Part shown: positions 52,753 to 64,000 of the stretch, in pieces
Layout: the number at the start of each line of letters is the position of its first letter
Position numbering within the stretch: the first letter of the stretch is position 1
Assembly (NCBI RefSeq): GCF_009914755.1
Contig: NC_060927.1
Strand: one strand, 5' to 3'
Source: the human T2T-CHM13v2.0 reference genome, Homo sapiens
DNA: 64,000 nt
Position numbers and translations under genes: made by a program
Notes under the pieces: generated by a model
Seen by the model: the letters and a program-made list of their open reading frames with translations, nothing else
What the model was told of the DNA's origin: nothing
Database searches by the model: none

Positions 52753-55470
52753 AGATATCCCATTTTTAATCATTATTATTTAGCATGTAACTAGAACATC
52801 AGGCTTATAAAGCCTTTTGTAATTATTATCCAATAAATTCTTCCAGCAGCTTCTGAGGAGACCAACATTTTACAAAAAGGCAAAATGAGATGTAGATATA
52901 TTAATTTATTTGGCCAGAGTGAAACAGTGCCTTTCCACAGACATAGCCAACGGACAGCTGGAGCAGTCTTGGATTATTAAGACAGAAATTCTGCTCCTGG
53001 AATGATAACATTTAATGTTGTACTGGTTTTATAATTGCAGAACAGTCCATTTAGCTTTGCAAATCAGCCAGTGATAGAGGTATCCTAAGAAAAAAATAGA
53101 GTTCCCAATTTGCTACCCAGAATGGATTCACCTGATTTTCCAGTGATTTTCAAGTGTTTGCCCTTAAGTAAATTGATAAAAGGCTGCTTTTGCTCTTCAT
53201 TCTTCTTTTCAATTTTTGTATTGATTTAAAAATGATAGACATAATGCTGTTTTGTGTACAACAGGCTTCCTTGACACCATTTTAGCTTGCTCTTTTAATT
53301 CTTGTATTAACATGAAGCTTGATGCTAAATCAGAAGTATGAGAGAGAAGTGGCAGCTCTCCCCACAAATGGATGTCCTCCTGTATCTGACTTCTAGCCAG
53401 ATCCACCTGAACATAGGTCCCTGCTATTAAATCAATATTTTCTGATTTGCTTTACTGTTCTCTCTTGGCAAAATGACTCCTATCTTTTAACCTTTCTGAT
53501 GACTAAGCTGAATGTGTCTTTGGTTTGGATGAATAATTATATAGCTTAGTGAAGGTAGTAAATCTTTGCTATATGGCTAATAAATAACACTGTGGTATTT
53601 TATATTTGATTTCTTGATGCTTCAAATTTAGAGTTGATAAGCAGACTCTCCAGCATCATATTATAAATAAAATGCCAACTTTATTTAAAGTTTTATGTTA
53701 AGTCATATGATAATTTGACAATAATTTTGAATAGCAACAAAGGAAATGAAACACCAGCAGAATCTATTTCAGAAGGTGTGTCATCCTGTACATTTAGAAT
53801 CAGAAAAAATAAAACTCCAGGAACAGAAGAACTAGTATGTTTTATTAGGTAAAATCTGAATCATAGTCTCTAGATTGATTCAATGGTAATTTTACAGATG
53901 GGGTATGTACTAATTTTTATGAAGTATAATTTAGAAATTTGGGAAGATAGATAATTAACATTACTGAGCAATTATTGACAGCCACCTTTGTAATTAATTT
54001 TTCTCCAAACTGTCCTTTAAGGATGTTTTCTGAAAATTAATTAGGATGTATTATTTAATTAGTTTAATTTAATATTTTAAATTAAATTCCTCTTTAAAAA
54101 TATTTACATAAGGTCAGGTTTCTTGGAAAATTCAGATTAAATGGAAATAAATTTATGCAGCTGAGAAGTTTAACATATACGTTATATGTATGTATGTATA
54201 TATATATCATAAATAAATATGAATTCGAACACTTCCGTTTGACCACTCTAATGTGATATACTTCAGTCTTTATGGAATTAATTGGGAAAGAAATTGAATT
54301 AGTAAAATGATGTTTCTGCCACTAGATTAGTCAGCTGACTCATTTCTTGGCAGGGGAAGTGAGGCTGCCCACATGAAGTAGTCACTAGACTGGGACCTAG
54401 AATGTCTGGGTCCAAACCCTGGCTCTGTTGATGATGAGTTACTTAATGTCTGTGCATCAGATCCCACACATAAAATGTTATAATGATATCTTTAGACTTA
54501 GGCAGATTGTGAAGGATATTTTATCAAGTGCTTATTAAATGCTTTGAAGTCTACAAATCCTGAATGTTATTAGATCACAATATTTAGGGTAAATAGAACA
54601 TTAGATAGCTGCTTTCTCATTACCATCATATATGAATGGATTTCTTAGGATTGGGAAACTTACTTAGCTAAATATAGAGCCCAGTTGCTGGTGTTTGGAG
54701 GAAAAACTGCTATGTTGGACTCACTGAGCAATAGTGTGTCAGTCTCTAATGAAGCTTGGATATAGACTTATATGCCCTACTTGACTTTATTTATTTTGGT
54801 CTTCTGGAGATTTCATGATCAAATTATAAACTTCAAATTTTTTTTTTAACTTCAACTTATTTATTTTAACATTACCTTGGTACTGTCTAGTCCTTAAGGG
54901 CAGAGAGATATTTGCTTGAACCCAATCACAGAAATGTAAATGGTTTCATTACATATTGTTTTAATGACGTCTCTTTTATTACCAATGCTGTGATTATTGT
55001 ATCACTGATTGTTGGGAACTCTAGGTTTTTAGTTGACCTGGTTACATGGATTTTACCATTTTTCCCCAAAAGGTGACAGTCCTGGGAATGACTTTTCCTC
55101 TCTAAAACATGGTTACAGAAGTACTTTCTTTAATAGTCCTCTAAGAATCTCCAAAGTAAAACAAACAAAAGGACTAACACAAAACCTCAGACTCCTCAAT
55201 ATCAGTAGGTTCATAAAATTATATGATCATTAAAGTTCTTTTAGGTCCAAAGAACTATAATTCTACAATTTCAAGTTGGAAAAAATCCCTCCTGGCAGTT
55301 TCCTCCGCTCCCCGCACCGGTGGATAATAACCAGGGATAGTCTGCAGCATTATGGTATCTGCAGTGTTCTGCCAGGACATGGGCATTGAGGAGAGCCCTG
55401 GGATGCTGGGGAACAATGGCAGATCACAGGAGGGTTCAAGGGCTGGAAGAATTTTTATTTCCAGGTGGGA

Positions 55471-55597
55471 GAGGCCTAAGCTAGGGTGAGGCAAGTGAGG
55501 CACCTTGGGTGCAAAATTAAAGGAGACAGTCACTCTCGGGGTCAGCTTGAGAGTGAGTGCCCCCTTAAACTTTGTTCCCCAGAAGCCTCGGCCTTGG
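55471..55597. mobile_element. MER96-like palindromic hAT MITE
   Basis: ctagggtgaggcaagtgaggcacc...gcaaaattaaagga...cactctc...gagagtg...ccttaaactttg. Confidence 0.78.
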
Positions 55598-56193
55598 GAA
55601 AAGTCTTAACAAGTCTTGTGCCAGGGAGTAGGCAACCAGCCACAACCCAGGAATTTTGAAGCAGTGAGTGTGAGTTGGAGAAGCCAATCAAATCAAATGA
55701 AGAGCTAGGTGGAGTTCTTTGTTTTTTGCTGCATACCGTTTCTGGCCTTGGAGCACTGAATTCCAGCATCTTCACAGCCCAAATGGCCTCCCATCATCTC
55801 CCACTCTCTCAGGGCACCCATGAAAAGGGAAGGAAAATTCTAGGGGTCAACATGGAGACAGCAGAGAAGAATTGAGGCATGGGGGAAAAAAGTAAGGTCA
55901 GAATGAATAGTGTACACAGAGGCTTGGCCCTGGGGTTCTTCCTAGGTCAGCAGTCTCTCTGGTTGCTTGGGCGTGGGTCCTTGAAGGAGTCCACACTGCC
56001 AGGTGACTTCAAAGCCCCTGCTCTTGGAGGAACCCTTTCCCGCTCTTGGTAGTTACTGCTCCCTTTGCACAGATCCAGGTAGCCAGACCTGTGTTTTCAA
56101 TTCACAAAACTGAACTTAAAATCTCTATTACTGAACTTGAAATCTCTATTTCAAGCTTCCATTCTGTCTGATAACAGAAATATAGTTCAGTAG

Positions 56194-56347
56194 ATTGCAG
56201 GTAATCATCTGTTTTTTAAAGAATAAATTCTGATAAACTCCATCAATTCAGAATTTCCCCCTTCCCCTTCATCTCCCTAGGTGGCATCTAAGTTCCAGGA
56301 GATGTGGGGTGAAGTGTTGGGTTCCTGACCCCCAATGCCCCTCCAGG
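56194..56347 (+). repeat. About 150-bp local duplication, copy A
   Basis: Aligns with 58479-58628. Confidence 0.9.
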
Positions 56348-56692
56348 CTGCCATTTGCTGCTAATGTCCCCATTGTCCAGTCATCAGTCCTAGTGCCTGC
56401 AGCTCCCTTATCCTGACTGTAGTGGTTCTCCCTGAGCCACATCCTCACCCCTCTTAGGAAAATGGGAAGCTGTTGGGTGTTCTCTTGTGCCCCTCTGGAG
56501 CTGTGGAGACATAGGGGGCTGTCTTAGACACATCTGTTGCCCCTTCTTCTCTTCTTTCCTGTTTACCCTGGCCCTACTTGAGAAGTGGTGACTCCTCTCT
56601 CAACTGCCCACCCCTGGGGCCTCAGCCAAATCTTGAAGTCACTCTCTCATTTGACCCTTCCCTCTCTTCAGCTTGGAGAATTATCTAACACT

Positions 56693-56980
56693 TCACTGTT
56701 TAATATAGTAGCCACTAGTCACATGTGGCTACTGAGCTATTGAAATGTGGTTAGTCCAAATGGAGATGTACTGAGAGTGAGAATGCACACCAATTTCAAA
56801 GACTTAGTATGAATAATAGATTGTGAAATATTGATAATTTCATGTCGAGATGGTATTTTTGAAATGTTGAATTAAATAAAGTATAGCATTACAATTAATT
56901 TCACTTATTTATTTTACTTTTTAAAAAATGTGGTCACTAGAAAAATTTAAATTGCACTGTTTTGCTTTTGGACAGAGCTG
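56693..56980 (-). mobile_element. MER33 hAT relic
   Basis: gtagccactagtcacatgtggctactgagc...tttcaaagacttagtatg...ctagaaaaatttaaatt...ggacagagctg. Confidence 0.82.
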
Positions 56981-57000
56981 ATCTAACAAGTATAAGGAAG

Positions 57001-57393
57001 TGTTATGGACTGGATTGTGTCTCCCCCCACCCACCCAATTCATATGTTGAAATCCTAACCCCCCACGTGACTGTATTTGGAGATAGGACCTGTGAGGAGG
57101 TAATTAAAGTTAACTGAGCTTGCAAGGGTGGGACACTAATCCATAGGACTGTTGTACTTATGGGAAGAGGAAGAGATACCAGGAGCTTATGGTGTGTACA
57201 GGAAAACCCACCTGAGGACACAGCAATGAGACATCTGTCTGCAAGCCAGGAAGAGAAGTCTCACCAGAAACCAACCCTGCCAACACCTTAAACTTGGACT
57301 CCCAGGCTTCAGAGCTGAGAGAGAGTAAATTTCTGTTGATGAAGCCACCTAGTCTCTGGTATTCTGTTGTGGCAGCCCTAGAAAACTAATACA
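57001..57393 (+). mobile_element. MaLR solo LTR (MLT1B-like)
   Basis: tgttatggactggattgtgtc...gcaagccaggaagagaagtctcaccagaaaccaaccctgcc...aaactaataca; near-TSD ggaag/gcaag. Confidence 0.9.
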
Positions 57394-58478
57394 GCAAGGA
57401 AAACTCACTCTGATATTATGCATTCTCCCAAAATTAAATGTTTATAGCATTAATTTTAGCCCGTGTTCCTCAAAAACCCATTCTTAGTCTATTGTCTGTG
57501 CCATGAATTAAAAAAAATCTATTTTGAAATTCAAAAGCAGAGTGAAAATGGATTCTATTGTTTTCTGTTGTCTGTTGTGACCTTCCTTTCCCAAGGCCAT
57601 AGAAGCAGCTACCCTCTGCTGTCTGAAGTTGAGGGAGGAGTTACATAGCAAAAGGGAAATATGGAGAATGAAAAACACATTGGCAAATATCAAAATGTGC
57701 CTCAGCGATAGCAGTACATTTTGCCTTACCCTATGCTATCAAAAATCAGAAGGATCTGATTTTATTTGTCATTCATTAATTTGTTATGTATTTATTGCCT
57801 ACAGATTGATTTTGTGTACTTTAGTGTGAATAGCTTTTGGACAGCATTTGCATGTCTGAAAATTTCAGGTCTTTAATTTCATAATGAAAGATATTTCTGT
57901 GAAAGAAATTGAAGGTATCATAGAAACTGTGATAGTGGTAGAGAGGTGGTTGAAGGTATTAAAATCCTGTTGTTCATATCATTATAGTTCAGAAAGTTTT
58001 GTTAACTATGGAAGAGACCTTGTTGTCCACCCTCAGCACAGATTCTACTTTGCTAGAAGTCCTATAGTTCCTGATGTGATGCGTATGGCACACACAGAGT
58101 CAGTCTTGGCTTCCAGACTAAATAGTATATATGGTGGTCCCTGGGGGACAGCAGAGGGCCAGAAAGGCAAGTCTTGCACTTAGAGGAACATGACCAGCTC
58201 ATTTCATACTTTGTACTTCTCTGATGCACTAGGTATAACTGGGTCTGTTACTGACCTCACTGCATTATGCATGTTTTTTTTACTCTTCTGTGAACCTCTA
58301 GAGGGCAGGGAAATACAGCTTTCATCTCTAAATATTCCTTTGTACAATGCCTAGCATATAGTAAATGCAAGATAAAAGTGTTTGGAATTTTATAAAATGA
58401 ATGCATGAATCCAACAACTTCTGCTCTCAAATCCTCACTTCAGATGTTCTCCTACCACTTATCTCTGTTGGCCTGGGT

Positions 58479-58628
58479 ATTGCAGATAATCTTACTTCTG
58501 ATCTTTTAAAAATCATTTCTGATAAACTCTATCAATTCAGAATTTCCCCTTTCTCCTTTGTCTGCTTAGCTGGCATCTAAGTTCTGGGAGGCATGGGGTG
58601 AAGTGTTGGGTTCTTGACCTCCTCCAGG
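58479..58628 (+). repeat. About 150-bp local duplication, copy B
   Basis: Aligns with 56194-56347. Confidence 0.9.
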
Positions 58629-58707
58629 TCAAGCAGCTTTCTCCAGCTCCTTTAATCCTAACCAACTTATTCTCTTATATATACAAATTCTTTTAAAAAA
58701 GTGTTTA

Positions 58708-61693
<2,986 letters not shown>

Positions 61694-61913
61694 AATACTA
61701 ATAATTAAAATAAAGAAAAAATTGTTTAATCACTCAAGTTCTACATGAAGATATTCTCATTGTAACATAAAATGATACAAAAAAATTTTAAACCGCTATT
61801 ACCATTTCATGGCAATCTCTACCATTGCATAGTATGAGAATAGCCTTCCAAGCCCCCCTTCTCCATGCAACTTCATATATTTATCATATATCTGTTAAAA
61901 TAGATATGTGTCA

Positions 61914-61942
61914 GTGTGTGTGTGTTTGTGTGTGTGTGTGTG
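61914..61942. repeat. (TG)n microsatellite
   Basis: Interrupted TG run. Confidence 0.9.
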
Positions 61943-62074
61943 CATAACAGACACGCAAAGGAAATATCATTTAGGTTAAACATGTACATATATTCAACCT
62001 AAATGATTTCATGCTGTTGTGTACTGTTCTGCAACTTGCTTTTTTTTTTTAAAAAAAACTTGATCAGATATCCC

Positions 62075-63240
62075 CTTTTTTTTCCTTCTTTAACTTTTAT
62101 TTTAGATTCAGGGGATATATGTGCAGGTTTGCTACCTGGGTATATTACGTGATGCTGAGGTGTGGGGTACTAATGATCCCATCACCCAGATACTGAGCAT
62201 AGTACTCAACAGTTAGTTATTCAACTTATCCCCCTTCCACCCTCCCCTGTGTAGTAGTCCCCAGTGTTTATTGTTGCCATCTTTATGTTCATGAGTACCT
62301 GATGTTTAGCTCCATTTATAAGTGAGAACATGCCATATTTAATTTTCTCTTCCTGTGTTAACTTGCTGCATCCATGTTGCTGCAAAGGATATCCATGTTG
62401 CTGTAAAGGACATGATTTTGTTCTTTTTTTGGCTGTGTAGTATTCCATGCTGTATATGTACTATATTTTCTTTATCTAATCCACCATTGAAGAGTACCTA
62501 GGTTGATACCATGTCTTTGCTATTGTGAATCGTGCTGTGATGAACATGCCAGTACATGTGTCTTTTTGGTAGAACAATTGTTTCCTTTTGAATATATACC
62601 CAGCAATGGGATTGCTGGGTCAAATGTTAGTTCTGTCTTAAGTTCGTTAAGAAATCTTCAAACTTATTTTCACAGTAGTTGAACTAATGTACATTCCCAC
62701 CAATAGTGTATATATGTTCCCTTTTCTCCACAGCCTCACCAATATCTGGTGTTTTTGACTTTTTAATAATGGCCATTCTGATTATGTGAGATGGTCTCCC
62801 ATTGCAGTTTTGATTTGCATTTCTCTGTTGATTAGTGATGAAGAACATTTTTTTCATATGTTTGTTGGCTGCTTGTATATCTTTTTTTTTTTTTTTTCAG
62901 AAATGTCTGTTCTTGCCTTTTGCCCATTTCACAATGGGGTTATTTGATTTTTGCTTGTTGAATTGTTTAAGTTCCTTTTAGATTCTGAATATCAGGCCTT
63001 TGCCGGATGCATAGTTTGTGAACAATTTCTTCCATTCTGTAAGTTGTGTTTACTCTGATGATAGTTTCTTTTACTGTGCAGAAGCTCTTTAGCTTAATTA
63101 GGTCCCACTTGTCAATTTTTGTTGTTGTTGAAATTGCTTTTAAGGACTTAGTCATAAATTCTTTCCCATGGCTCATGTCCAGAATGGTATTTCCTAGATT
63201 TTCTTCTAGGATTTTTATAGTTTGAGGTCCTATATTTAAC
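62075..63240 (-). mobile_element. L1PB/late L1PA 3' region
   Basis: gattcaggggatatatgtgcaggtttg...tgatgctgaggt; reverse [18 protein letters not shown] (ORF2). Confidence 0.92.
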
Positions 63241-64000
63241 TTATACCCTTTTTTAAGTCACTATACATACACCTCTCTCATTCTCTTTTTAGTTGCTGCA
63301 AACTATTCCATAGCACAGAGGAATGAAAATCTATTTCAAACATATGTAACTTCTCCTCGGTTGATGGTTACATAGGCTGTTTTAGAATTTTACTGTTAGA
63401 AACAATAAAGCATGAATGTTCATCTTTGTATGTGCTTCTTTTGGACATACACAATTTTTTTTTTATGATACACTCTTAGAGGTTGACTTATTGGGTTAAA
63501 AGGTACATATAGGTGCTGGGGAAAATCTTGAGGAAGGGGCTTTCTTGGTCATTTGTCGCACGATCTCTTTTTATTTGTAAACCAAATGGATTTACTAAAC
63601 TGTACTAGGGAAGGCTGGCACAGCAAGACCTAGATAGTTCACGTTCAAGGGGATAATTTATATGTTTTATGACCATAAGATGAACATATGACCTCCTTTA
63701 ACATCTCTAGCAATCTTTTCCCACTGGATAGCAGAATAGACAGTATGCTTCCAAGCCCTTTTCCATGTATTTGTATTATGCCTTAAGGATTTTTGCATGC
63801 TTGCTACTTTGCAATACCTCTGTCAGTAAATAAGAAGAAGCCACCTCCAGTACTCCAAATGAGAAAGAAAATATTGTTAATAGATGCCATTACTGTCTAT
63901 CATCTTGTTCAAAAAGGGAGAGGTGGATCACATCAAAAGAATCAGTGACCATGTCATAGTCAAGGTGATAGACTTCATGACATCCATCTGTTCCATGGAC

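Overview
Primate (human-like) non-coding genomic DNA, AT-rich and CpG-poor, and dominated by decayed transposable elements: Alu J/S/Y, L1PA/PB/MA/MB/MC/ME fragments, L2, MIR, MaLR and ERVL LTRs, an ERVL internal remnant with readable integrase and dUTPase motifs, LTR8, and DNA-transposon relics (Tigger4/MER46, MER6, MER33, MER53, MER58, MER96, MER5, MER20). I find no intact protein-coding gene, RNA gene or CRISPR array. The listed ORFs are repeat-derived or chance. Subfamily names come from recognising consensus motifs by eye, not from a database search. I cannot support a new biological system here. The best observations are structural. (1) A 15-bp TSD brackets a 3.2-kb composite at 34405-37575, which points to an ancient L1PA 3' transduction carrying a fold-back L1 junction. 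(2) A 127-bp piece of nearby unique DNA is copied into that L1's 3'UTR with microhomologies, one of several local duplications in the window. (3) An apparently TSD-flanked L1MA keeps its 5'UTR, ORF1 and 3'UTR but lacks all of ORF2. (4) A tailless Alu has a perfect TSD. (5) An unclassified ~4-kb block splits an L2.
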